Assembly: GCA_963702845.1 (NCBI GenBank)
Contig: OY969763.1
Location: forward strand, 3,776,001 to 3,840,000
Length of the DNA: 64,000 nt
DNA from: an uncultured Verrucomicrobiae bacterium
GTDB taxonomy: Bacteria > Verrucomicrobiota > Verrucomicrobiia > Limisphaerales > Palsa-1400
Reading direction: 5' to 3'
In this document: in pieces, positions 1 through 8,808 of the stretch
Numbering within the stretch: position 1 is the first letter of the stretch
How the letters are laid out: every line of letters begins with the position of its first letter
Program-made: the position numbers and the translations under genes
Notes under the pieces: generated by a model
Told to the model about the DNA's origin: nothing
Seen by the model: the letters and a program-made list of their open reading frames with translations, nothing else
The model's database searches: none

Positions 1-1989
1 GCTGCCCGCGCCATCAACCGTCAACGTCTGGCCGCCGCTGACGCCTCCGCTGATTGTTAGTGTTCCCGAATCAGATTGGACGGTTGACGCACTGCCGAGA
101 GTGACGGTTCCGCTCCAGCTGTTATTGCCGCTGACATTTCGCAACGCACCGTTTGCGCTGGTGCCGGTTCCGTTAATTGTCAGAGGCTGAGCGCTGACAA
201 CGATGCCACCTTGCAGTTCCAAAGCCGTACCGCTGCTCACGCTCACCGATCCTGCTCCGCCGAGCCCAGTGGCATTCTGAACATTCAACACGCCGCTGTT
301 TACCGCCGTTGCACCGGTGAAAGTGCTCGCGCTGCTCAAGGTCAATGTGCCCGATCCTGCTTTGGCCATACCGCCCGTCCCTGAAATGCTCCCTGCGTAG
401 GTTGTCGAGTTACCATCGCCAACGGTCAACGTGCCCACACCGAGATTGACTAGACCGCCCGTGCTGCCTGACAGGGAACCAAGCGTTTCGTTAAACCCGT
501 TCAGGTCTAACAGGCCGCTGGCAGAGATCGTTACCGCCGAGGTAGAAATTTGATCGGCTGCCGCGAGTCGGACCACGTCCGCGCTTGCGCCTCCAACACC
601 ATCGCCAACGGTGAGATTGCCCGCGACCGCGTTGACGCCAGCGGTTTTCGCCAACAGGAGCGTTCCTGAATTTACTGTTGTCATGCCCGAATACGTGTTG
701 GCGCTCGCCCCCGAAAGTTGAAGTGTTCCCGCGCCATTTTTCGTCAGCGCGCCTGTGCCACTTACAACACCACTGATGGTGGCGTTGCCGGCACCATCCG
801 CGGTCAAAGTTTGCCCGCCGTTCGCGACGGTTCCGCCGAGTGTGAGTGTTCCGGCGTCTGATTGAAGGCGCAATGCGCCGGACGACGTCACCGGTGCGTT
901 GATGGTGTTGTTGCCAGACGAATTGGTGATCGCGCTGCTAACGGTTAGCGCATTTCCATAAATTGCAAAACCACCAGTGTTAAATTTGAGCCATGGGACA
1001 GTGAGCGCGCTGAGGTCATTTGTGTTCACTGTGCGTGTCGAGCCCCCGAAAATCAGCAGGTCGCCGTTGCCGGGAACCGCGCCGCCCCAGTTGGTGCTGT
1101 TGCTCCAGTTGCCGGTTGTCCCAGCGCCGGTCCATGTGCGCGGGCCGGATTTCCAGGTCATTGAATAATTGTCGAATGTGATAGGCCCTGCTCCCGGTGC
1201 GATGTCAAACATGATGTGACGGCCCGAGGCGTTTAGACGCCAGCCGTTTGGCAAATCGGAGTCGGCGGCCGTGTCGTAAAACCATGTTGAGCCGCCGTCG
1301 AGCGAGAGTTGCACCCGCGAATGGAACGCGGTGGTTTCCGCTCCGGCGTCGGTGACGCGCATGAGGACGATGATTTCCGTTCCGAAAGTGTTGGCGGCGA
1401 GCGTGGTAATGGCCGAGTTCAAATCAGCAGCGAGGCCGGAGGCGGTCGTATCAATGCGTTTGCCGATGAGGTATTTCGTCATCGTGCTGTTGGTGCGATA
1501 GATTTGAAAACCAAAAGCCCAACTGAAGGCATCGCTTTCAATGGTTCCAAGAGCGAACGAGCATCGTTGATTGTCTGAGGAAGCGTTTTTGATGCTGATC
1601 GAGAGGTCGTAGACGACGGGAGTGGATGGCGTGGCTGCGGCAATTCCCAAGGCGCTGGAAAAGTCGTATGAGCTGGCGCCGTCGGAAGAGAGGACAAAAC
1701 GACCAGGATCGGTGGCGACGTTGATTTGGATTTTGCTGGAGGTTATGGTGAAGGCGCTGGCCGGTTTGATGGCTGTTGGAAAGTAACGAAGGTTTGCGAT
1801 GGTGGAACCTGTGAGACGAGTGGTCGGCGGATTGATGCCGCGATTGACGCCGGTGTCCAGCGCGAAACCCGACCCTGAACCCGTCACGTTGCAATTATCG
1901 CTGACAATCACCGTCGCCCCCCGCACATGCCCGCAGGCAAAAACGGCCAAAAACGCGAACACCAACGTTTGTATGCGGATAATATTCAT
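1..1989 (-). CDS. Secreted autotransporter-associated beta-strand repeat protein (3' end runs off the window)
   Basis: Manual translation from ATG at 1989 (MNIIRIQTLVFAFLAVFACGHVRG, signal-peptide-like). Later segments include WTGAGTTGNWSNSTNW and GALTKNGAGTLQLSGASANTYSGMTTVNSGTL repeats. Absent from the ORF track because no stop lies inside the window. Confidence 0.85.
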   Translation of the reverse strand, partial: MNIIRIQTLVFAFLAVFACGHVRGATVIVSDNCNVTGSGSGFALDTGVNRGINPPTTRLTGSTIANLRYFPTAIKPASAFTITSSKIQINVATDPGRFVLSSDGASSYDFSSALGIAAATPSTPVVYDLSISIKNASSDNQRCSFALGTIESDAFSWAFGFQIYRTNSTMTKYLIGKRIDTTASGLAADLNSAITTLAANTFGTEIIVLMRVTDAGAETTAFHSRVQLSLDGGSTWFYDTAADSDLPNGWRLNASGRHIMFDIAPGAGPITFDNYSMTWKSGPRTWTGAGTTGNWSNSTNWGGAVPGNGDLLIFGGSTRTVNTNDLSALTVPWLKFNTGGFAIYGNALTVSSAITNSSGNNTINAPVTSSGALRLQSDAGTLTLGGTVANGGQTLTADGAGNATISGVVSGTGALTKNGAGTLQLSGASANTYSGMTTVNSGTLLLAKTAGVNAVAGNLTVGDGVGGASADVVRLAAADQISTSAVTISASGLLDLNGFNETLGSLSGSTGGLVNLGVGTLTVGDGNSTTYAGSISGTGGMAKAGSGTLTLSSASTFTGATAVNSGVLNVQNATGLGGAGSVSVSSGTALELQGGIVVSAQPLTINGTGTSANGALRNVSGNNSWSGTVTLGSASTVQSDSGTLTISGGVSGGQTLTVDGAGS

Positions 1990-2276
1990 AGACGTGCAGA
2001 GTTTGTCCCACGTCTGCAAGGGTTGGGGTTCAGGCCTTGCACCGAAAACATGGCAAAACACGATCCGACCATCGGATCGTAACGGCAGGCGAAAACCTGC
2101 CGTGTTTTGTCATGGGGACTTACCTGATTAGAACAATAAATCACCCGTGTCAACAATACCCGCAAACGAGGGTGACCCGTTTCCAATCACGGTAGCCTTC
2201 CCACGGTTGGTTTCGTCCTCAACTAGCGGTTAAATGGCCTGAAATCTTCGATTGCGTGGTTTTACGTTAGGCGTTT

Positions 2277-3296
2277 ATGATGCACGGGCCAATGAAACAT
2301 CAGCTTGATTTCGAAAAACCAATTCTCGATCTGCAACGCAAGCTGGACGAACTGAAGAAGCATCCAGAAGCTCACTCCATCAAAATCAGTTTTGAGGATG
2401 AAGTCGCGTTGATGGAGAAAAAGATCGAGGAAACCAAGCGCGAGATCTACGCGAATCTCAGCCCCTGGGATCGGGTCAAAATCGCGCGGCATTTTTTACG
2501 GCCTTTTACGTTGGATTATCTCGGCATGGCTTTCACCGAGTTCAGCGAGTTACACGGTGATCGCCTCTATGCCGATGACGAAGCGGTGGTGGGCGGCTTT
2601 GCCCGCTTGGACGGTCAAAAGGTGATGGTGATCGGCACGCAAAAAGGGCGCGACACGAAAGACAAGATCCGACGCAATTTCGGTTCGGCCCATCCCGAAG
2701 GTTATCGCAAGGCGCTGCGTTTGATGAAAATGGCGGACAAATTTGGTCTGCCCATTATTACATTGATCGACACGGCGGGCGCTTACCCCGGCATCGGCGC
2801 GGAGGAACGGCACATCGCCGAAGCCATCGCCGTGAACCTGCGCGAGATGATGCTTTTGGAAGTGCCAATTATCGCGGCGATCATCGGCGAAGGCGGTTCG
2901 GGTGGCGCACTTGGTATTGGTGTGGCGGATCGCGTGCTGATTTTGGAAAACGCTTATTACTCGGTCATCAGCCCGGAAGGTTGCGCGGCGATTCTTTGGA
3001 AAGATCGCGCCGCCGCTCCGAAAGCGGCCGAAGCATTGCGCATCAGCGCGAAGGATTTGCTCGAACTCGGGCTCGTCGATGAAATCGTGCCCGAACCGTT
3101 GGGTGGCGCGCACAACAGTCCTCCGTCCGCTGCCAGCAATTTAAAGGCGCACCTCCTCAAGAATCTCAATGAACTGAAATCGATTTCGAGCAGCGACCGA
3201 CTGAAGGCTCGTTATGCGAAGTTTCGCGCCTACGGCAAATACAAAGAAAAGACGGAGGCGCTGGTCGCCGAAGGCCAAGCGCCGGCCCAACCGTGA
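2277..3296 (+). CDS. accA: Acetyl-CoA carboxylase carboxyltransferase subunit alpha
   Basis: LDFEKPI, ELHGDR, PEGYRKALRLM, IDTAGAYPGIGAEER and GEGGSGGALGIG motifs. The start may be the ATG at 2292. Confidence 0.97.
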   Translation: MMHGPMKHQLDFEKPILDLQRKLDELKKHPEAHSIKISFEDEVALMEKKIEETKREIYANLSPWDRVKIARHFLRPFTLDYLGMAFTEFSELHGDRLYADDEAVVGGFARLDGQKVMVIGTQKGRDTKDKIRRNFGSAHPEGYRKALRLMKMADKFGLPIITLIDTAGAYPGIGAEERHIAEAIAVNLREMMLLEVPIIAAIIGEGGSGGALGIGVADRVLILENAYYSVISPEGCAAILWKDRAAAPKAAEALRISAKDLLELGLVDEIVPEPLGGAHNSPPSAASNLKAHLLKNLNELKSISSSDRLKARYAKFRAYGKYKEKTEALVAEGQAPAQP

Positions 3297-3299
3297 CGC

Positions 3300-4271
3300 A
3301 TGCTGTATCCACTGACTTTCGAGCCGATCTTCAAGGAACGCATCTGGGGCGGTCGTAAGCTCGAACAGCTGTATCACAAGACGCTCCCGGCCACCGTGCC
3401 CGTCGGTGAATCGTGGGAAATCAGTGATCGGCCTGGCGATGTCAGCGTGATCGGCAATGGACCGCTGAAAGGGAAAACGCTTCATTGGTTGGTTGAAAAT
3501 CACGCGACCGAATTGTTCGGCAAAAAACTTTCAGGAAGCTTTCCGTTGTTAATCAAAATTCTCGACGCCCAGGAAAAGCTCTCGTTGCAGGTGCATCCGC
3601 CCGCCAAACTCGCGCCGTTGCTCGGCGGTGAGCCGAAAACGGAGATGTGGTACATCGCCCACGCCGAAGCCGGAGCGGAGTTGTATGTCGGATTGAAGTG
3701 CGGGGTGACGAGAGCGGAGTTCGAAACGAAAATCAAAACCGGCAACGTTGCAGATTGTTTTCATCGTGTCCCGGTGAAAACGGGTGACGCGATGTTTCTT
3801 CCGAGCGGCCGCGTCCACGCCATCGGCGCAGGCCTGGTGATTTTCGAAGTGCAACAGAACTCGGACACCACGTATCGCGTGTTCGATTGGAATCGCGTCG
3901 ACAAGAGCGGGAAAGGGCGGGAACTCCACGTCAAACAATCGCTGGCGAGTATTGATTTCGAGGATTTTGAACCGGAGCTGGTTACGGCCTCCTCTCCCCG
4001 ACCCTCTCCTCCAGAGGAGAGGGAGAAGAGCCTCGTGGACCACGAACTCTTTCGCGTCGGTAAAGTTGAACTTCAAACGGGCGGCTCACTCACGGTCAGC
4101 GGCGAAATGGAAATTATCGGGATGCTTTCCGGATCAATAAACGTCGCCAGCAACTCCCCTGCCCTGACGTTATCCGCCGGCCAATTCTGTCTCGTTCCCG
4201 CGTGCTGCACCGGTGTAGAATTACGAGCCGAGCAATCCGCGTCGTTTTTGCGGATTGGCCTCGGACGATAA
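3300..4271 (+). CDS. manA: Mannose-6-phosphate isomerase, class I (cupin)
   Basis: FKERIWGG, GESWE, PLLIKILDA..KLSLQVHP, KTEMWY, VHAIG and EVQQNSDTTYRVFDW motifs. Confidence 0.93.
   Translation: MLYPLTFEPIFKERIWGGRKLEQLYHKTLPATVPVGESWEISDRPGDVSVIGNGPLKGKTLHWLVENHATELFGKKLSGSFPLLIKILDAQEKLSLQVHPPAKLAPLLGGEPKTEMWYIAHAEAGAELYVGLKCGVTRAEFETKIKTGNVADCFHRVPVKTGDAMFLPSGRVHAIGAGLVIFEVQQNSDTTYRVFDWNRVDKSGKGRELHVKQSLASIDFEDFEPELVTASSPRPSPPEEREKSLVDHELFRVGKVELQTGGSLTVSGEMEIIGMLSGSINVASNSPALTLSAGQFCLVPACCTGVELRAEQSASFLRIGLGR
3988..4025. repeat. Palindromic REP-like element (CCCTCTCCT-ccag-AGGAGAGGG) lying in frame inside manA
   Basis: Perfect 9-bp stem at 4002-4010/4015-4023. A near-identical intergenic copy lies at 16191-16231. 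Confidence 0.8.
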
Positions 4272-5179
4272 TGTTTCGACTAAAGGCCATTTTAGTAACG
4301 ACCTTACTCGTCTGCACCGTCGCGTTTGCGCAAACGAAGTCGCCGAACGAGATCGCGCGCGAGGAAGCTATCGCTGAATTCACCAAGAAACAGCAGACGG
4401 CAAATTGGCCGGAAAAGTTTGCGCGCATCGGAAATGAAACGGGTGTGCCGAGCGACGTGCTCGCAGCCATCGCTTTTGCCGAGACGCGTTGGGAGCAGTT
4501 GAAATGGCCTGCGGGTGAAACGACATCGCCGGAAACCGGCGCGCCGCGCGGATACGGCGTGATGTTCCTGCAGGACAACGACTACTTTGGCCATAGCCTC
4601 GTCGAAGCCGCGAAGTTGATTGGCAAAACGCCCGACGAATTGAAGGAGGATCCGGACCTGAATATTCGCGGTGCGGCAGCATTGTTGAAAAAAATTTACG
4701 CCGACAATCCGAAACCGGATTTCGCCAAGCCGGACCAGATCGAAAGTTGGTATAACGCGATCATTAAATATTGCGGCATTCCGGAGCCGTTCCTGAGTCA
4801 TTCGCACGCGTTGAACTGCTACGTTTACATGAGCAAAGGCTACAACCAATACGGGATGTATTGGACAGCGCATTCGGTTGACCTGAAGCCGATGAGGGGA
4901 GATGTGATGAGGTTGCGGAAGGAATTTGACGAAGTAATTAGACAGCGACAAACCAACGAAGCTGCTATTGCGCAGAGTGCGAGCGGCACAACAAACGCTA
5001 TTGTGAAACCCGTGAGCATAAACGCGAGTCAGCCAACAAACATAAAGACAGCGAAACAACCCCACGCCGAGCCCGAACGCGTCCGATTCAATCTCGGGCC
5101 ACTGTTCCTAGTAGGCGTGGCAATTTGTGTGACGATCGTAATTTTTCTCGCCCGAAAACAACGCCATCGCAAAGTGTGA
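4271..5179 (+). CDS. Secreted protein with a lysozyme/SLT-like domain and a C-terminal membrane anchor
   Basis: Signal peptide (MFRLKAILVTTLLVCTVAFA). VPSDVLAAIAFAETRW...GYGVMFL...DPDLNIRGAAALL is a lysozyme-like pattern. The C-terminus is a hydrophobic helix plus a basic tail. The ATG overlaps the manA stop. Confidence 0.6.
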   Translation: MFRLKAILVTTLLVCTVAFAQTKSPNEIAREEAIAEFTKKQQTANWPEKFARIGNETGVPSDVLAAIAFAETRWEQLKWPAGETTSPETGAPRGYGVMFLQDNDYFGHSLVEAAKLIGKTPDELKEDPDLNIRGAAALLKKIYADNPKPDFAKPDQIESWYNAIIKYCGIPEPFLSHSHALNCYVYMSKGYNQYGMYWTAHSVDLKPMRGDVMRLRKEFDEVIRQRQTNEAAIAQSASGTTNAIVKPVSINASQPTNIKTAKQPHAEPERVRFNLGPLFLVGVAICVTIVIFLARKQRHRKV

Positions 5180-5233
5180 GCTGGTTCGCGCAGTTTCACT
5201 TTCACTTTCAACGCTGATTGGCATACTGCGCCC

Positions 5234-5917
5234 GTGACTTCTGCCATTATCGTTGCTGCGGGCAAGGGAACGCGGATGGGTATCGACCAGGATAAACTTT
5301 TCCTCGAAGTTGCCGGACGACCACTGGTCGCCCACACATGGCAACGCTTCGATGAATCGCCGGAGATTCAGCACGTCGTCATGGTCGTGCGCAATGGCAA
5401 TCAACCGATGTTCAGCGAAATGGCCGCGCAGTATGGATTCAAAAAGCCGTTCACGTTGGTGGCTGGTGGAAAGGAACGGCAGGATTCGGTTTGGAATGGA
5501 TTGGAGGCATTGCCTGCGCAAACAGAAATCGTCGCCATTCAAGACGCGGCGAGACCTTGCACTTCAGTTGAGTTAATCAGAGCGTGCATCGAAGCGGCTG
5601 AGGATTGTGGCGCGGCAGTCGCAGCGATGCCAGTCACCGACACGATCAAAGCTTCCGAGGATGGCGAGTTCATTTCACGGCACTTGGACCGATCGCGAAT
5701 GTGGTCGGTGCAAACGCCGCAAACATTTCGGCTCGGTGTCATTAAGCGCGCATTGGCGGAAGTCCAGAAGCAGAAGTTGCAGGTCACCGATGACACAGCC
5801 GCGTGTGAGTTAATCGGGCAACCGGTGAAACTTGTGCATGTGCCTGCTCCAAATCCGAAGCTGACGACCAAAGCGGATATCGCTTACATCGAATCGATCC
5901 TAAGCGCCCGCGTGTAG
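5234..5917 (+). CDS. ispD: 2-C-methyl-D-erythritol 4-phosphate cytidylyltransferase
   Basis: AIIVAAGKGTRMG, GGKERQDSV, IQDAARP, VQTPQTF, TDD and NPKLTT motifs. Confidence 0.95.
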   Translation: MTSAIIVAAGKGTRMGIDQDKLFLEVAGRPLVAHTWQRFDESPEIQHVVMVVRNGNQPMFSEMAAQYGFKKPFTLVAGGKERQDSVWNGLEALPAQTEIVAIQDAARPCTSVELIRACIEAAEDCGAAVAAMPVTDTIKASEDGEFISRHLDRSRMWSVQTPQTFRLGVIKRALAEVQKQKLQVTDDTAACELIGQPVKLVHVPAPNPKLTTKADIAYIESILSARV

Positions 5918-6142
5918 CATCGTTTGCTCGCCGGACAAAACCTCGTCTTCGAACTCGGCGATTTGCTCCTGAGCTTCTTCGATGGTGATCCAATAATGCT
6001 CCTGCAGCGCGCCGACGAGCATATCGCGTTGGCCTCGGATCAATTCAAATTCGACGTCGTCGATGTCAGGCCAGCGTGTCTTGATGGCAGCGCGCAGGTC
6101 GTTCCAGTGCTGTTGCAAAACTTCATCGTGGCGAAAACGCAT
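5900..6142 (-). CDS. CsbD/YjbJ-like stress response protein
   Basis: W..LRAAIKTRWPDI.D..F..IRGQRDMLVGALQEHY.IT.EEA pattern. A CAGGAGG ribosome-binding site precedes the ATG at 6142. Confidence 0.75.
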   Translation of the reverse strand: MRFRHDEVLQQHWNDLRAAIKTRWPDIDDVEFELIRGQRDMLVGALQEHYWITIEEAQEQIAEFEDEVLSGEQTMLHAGA

Positions 6143-6216
6143 TGTATCCTCCTGAAACAATCTAGCGCAGATCAAGTGGTTGAGAAGTTAGAGACTCGTT
6201 ACCTCGTCTCCTACAA

Positions 6217-8631
6217 TTAATTCAGGAGGAGAACCCGATAAAAGCGCGGCCCTGGACCGAGTGTGTCGGTTTTCGAGGCAACGTTTGAAGTTGCGGTGAC
6301 GTCCGGAGTAAGGTTGGTCCAGTTTTGGAAATTGAGGTCGGTGTTGTATTGAACCCGATATTTCACGCCGGCACTGGCGGTCCAATTGATTGTTATCGTG
6401 TTGCCGTTGATGGTGGTTGGAAGAACGATTGGGCTGCTTAGCAGATCAAAAAACCGCAGGACGTCAGACATGTAGACGTCGCGTAGCGCGGAAGTGGTAA
6501 TGCTCTCGAAAGGAAAACCCCAGTTCACAACTTTGCCGCTCGATGGCGCACCGTCATAGGTGATCGCCGCTGCGCCGCCGCGGCCACCAACGTAAGTCAT
6601 CGCCAAGAAACTGCCATTGGTAGGCGTGAGGACATCCGGAAAATCAATGTTGTAGAAATACGTGCCGTTATCGAAAGTTCCCGAAGCGTCCCCGACAAAA
6701 ACGCCACCCCCGGCGGCCGCAGCGAACGAATAAGTGCCGGCGTCGTCGTTGGCATTTCCATTGAGCGCGGCGTGGAGTTGGTTGTGATAGAAGTTGCGAT
6801 CGGCAGCGGTCGGGCCGGAATCGCGGTCGAGGTCCCAACCGATTTCCGCGCCGGACACGAAGAGGTTTCCACCTTTGTTAAGAAAGGTTGTGACGAGCGA
6901 TTGTTCCGTGGAATCAAATGTTTGGTCGTCGGTGGATTCTTCACCGAGCAACCAAATGACAGCGGGATAATTGGTAAGCTTGACCGTGCCGTCGATGACC
7001 GAATTGTGGTAAACCGTTTCAAACGCCGGTCCGTTAATATTTTGTTCGGTCATGGCCGCGAAGGCGTGGTTGGTGGCTTGCGGATTTTCGGTGGTTTGAA
7101 ATTGCCATCGATCGTTGCCGTCAACGACCAGGATCGGCGGCGGCACTGTTCCAACTTGCGCGCCATAAACGCGCGAGAACGGGCTTCCGCCACCGGTGCC
7201 AACGACGCTCACTTTGTAGTAACGCTTCATTCCGGGCGCGAGGCCTCCTTCGATGTAACTGAGGACGGTTGAAGCAAGGTTGACAGGGCCATTGAAATTA
7301 AGACCGTCGCTGCTGATATAGATTCTGTAGCCCGTGTGAATGAAACCTTCGTCTGACCATGTCACTTTGATGGAGTTGTTGCCGGCGTTTGTGACGGTCA
7401 AAAGATGCGGACTGGTGGGAACACCGCGCGCACCCATCAGGACAACGCAACTGTCGATGGCGTTGCGAGTAGAGGTTTGATCGATGCCCGAGGAGTTATT
7501 ACTGATAAATGAAAAGTAGTAACGGCGGTTGTCGTATTTATTGATGATGTAACCGCTGAGAGCGATGGAGATGCTGAGGGAGCCGGTTTTTGCATGGACC
7601 TGGCTCGCGCCGTCGGTCCCGCAAAAACGGCTGGAAATTGTGCCGTCCACGCAGCCGATTGGGAGAATTGTCGACCAACTCACGTAGTGGTTTACCATGA
7701 AGCGAACGAGTGTGACGATTTCGCGCGCACTGAACCGGTTTCCTGATGAGAGCCCGGAACCATCGTTCATCACCATATCGGTGGTGCTGAGACCGACGTT
7801 GGTGCTGAGCCAACTAAACACTTGCGTTTTGCCTGCCACAAAAGAATCGGTGCCGCTCATCTTATAGCCGATGTGACGCAGAAGTTCGTCGGCCATGGGA
7901 TTTGCGCTGCTTTTTGCGAGCGGGATGCAGGCGACATCGAGCCGAAGTGGTTTACCGCCGTAGGTCAGGTCGGACGATTTGTGGGTGTACATCAACGTGC
8001 CGGGCGGGCTGAAACCGGTTTGGCCGAGAGCGGAACCAGAGACGGTGATGCCTTGCGCGTTCAGCGCCGCTACGAATGCGGTGGCACCCTCGGCATTGTA
8101 AGTTGCCTGGTTAGCCGTATCGCGAGTATCGGCGGTGTCGGAATAGTTATATATGCAAACGCCGTAGATCTGAACGTTGCCTTGAACATTGGTCAGCCCG
8201 AGCGTTTTCAATTGGGTGGCAATGCGATCGAGCGGCTTGCGCGCGCCGCCCGTGCCGAAAGTGATGTCGTTCCAGGTGATGTCATGCTCGCAAACCAGAT
8301 TGAGATCGCCGGTGAGCGTACCGTTTGCGAGAGTGCCATTGCGGTAAACGCGTGATTCGAACCAGTGATTGGTGCCGAGCAAACCAAACGCAGTAGAGGT
8401 GGTAAAAATTTTCGTGTTGGACGCCGGCGCTTTTGTGGTTGTCGGGTTCTTCTGATAATAGGCGGTGGTTCCGGAATCGTTTTCGATCAGGATGGTCCAG
8501 GTGTTGTTGCTTACGGCGCTTCCGGCGAGGATGGAATTAATCTGATCAGCAATCGTTGCCACCGCCCTGAACGGTAACAGACACACCCCTGCCATCAGCA
8601 CTGCAAGTAGCGTTAGTCGAGTCTGTTGCAT
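6217..8631 (-). CDS. dacB: Secreted D-alanyl-D-alanine carboxypeptidase/endopeptidase (peptidase S13, PBP4-like) with FN3-like and additional C-terminal domains
   Basis: PASNTK (SxxK), SAN (SxN), DGSGLS and HAKTGS (KTG) motifs. An FN3-like segment follows (IKVTWS...LAPGMKRYYKVS), and the protein ends in RFYRVLL. Confidence 0.85.
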   Translation of the reverse strand: MQQTRLTLLAVLMAGVCLLPFRAVATIADQINSILAGSAVSNNTWTILIENDSGTTAYYQKNPTTTKAPASNTKIFTTSTAFGLLGTNHWFESRVYRNGTLANGTLTGDLNLVCEHDITWNDITFGTGGARKPLDRIATQLKTLGLTNVQGNVQIYGVCIYNYSDTADTRDTANQATYNAEGATAFVAALNAQGITVSGSALGQTGFSPPGTLMYTHKSSDLTYGGKPLRLDVACIPLAKSSANPMADELLRHIGYKMSGTDSFVAGKTQVFSWLSTNVGLSTTDMVMNDGSGLSSGNRFSAREIVTLVRFMVNHYVSWSTILPIGCVDGTISSRFCGTDGASQVHAKTGSLSISIALSGYIINKYDNRRYYFSFISNNSSGIDQTSTRNAIDSCVVLMGARGVPTSPHLLTVTNAGNNSIKVTWSDEGFIHTGYRIYISSDGLNFNGPVNLASTVLSYIEGGLAPGMKRYYKVSVVGTGGGSPFSRVYGAQVGTVPPPILVVDGNDRWQFQTTENPQATNHAFAAMTEQNINGPAFETVYHNSVIDGTVKLTNYPAVIWLLGEESTDDQTFDSTEQSLVTTFLNKGGNLFVSGAEIGWDLDRDSGPTAADRNFYHNQLHAALNGNANDDAGTYSFAAAAGGGVFVGDASGTFDNGTYFYNIDFPDVLTPTNGSFLAMTYVGGRGGAAAITYDGAPSSGKVVNWGFPFESITTSALRDVYMSDVLRFFDLLSSPIVLPTTINGNTITINWTASAGVKYRVQYNTDLNFQNWTNLTPDVTATSNVASKTDTLGPGPRFYRVLLLN

Positions 8632-8808
8632 TGACAGGTCGCCGTTGGGGGGCTGGTTTTACGAGTTTACTTTAGCACAAACGCATTTCCACGACATATT
8701 TATCGTAAGCATTCGATTGCCGTAAGCTTGACTAATTGGCCGAAAAATGCATCATTTTGGTCTGGGCCCAGAGTGTCACTTTTCCGAAAAAGCCATCCTA
8801 GGATTGTT

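Noticed and set aside
2246..2279. GTTAGGC upstream of accA as a cassette core site
   Set aside because: accA is a core gene and no inverse core follows it; this is a chance match in a promoter region.
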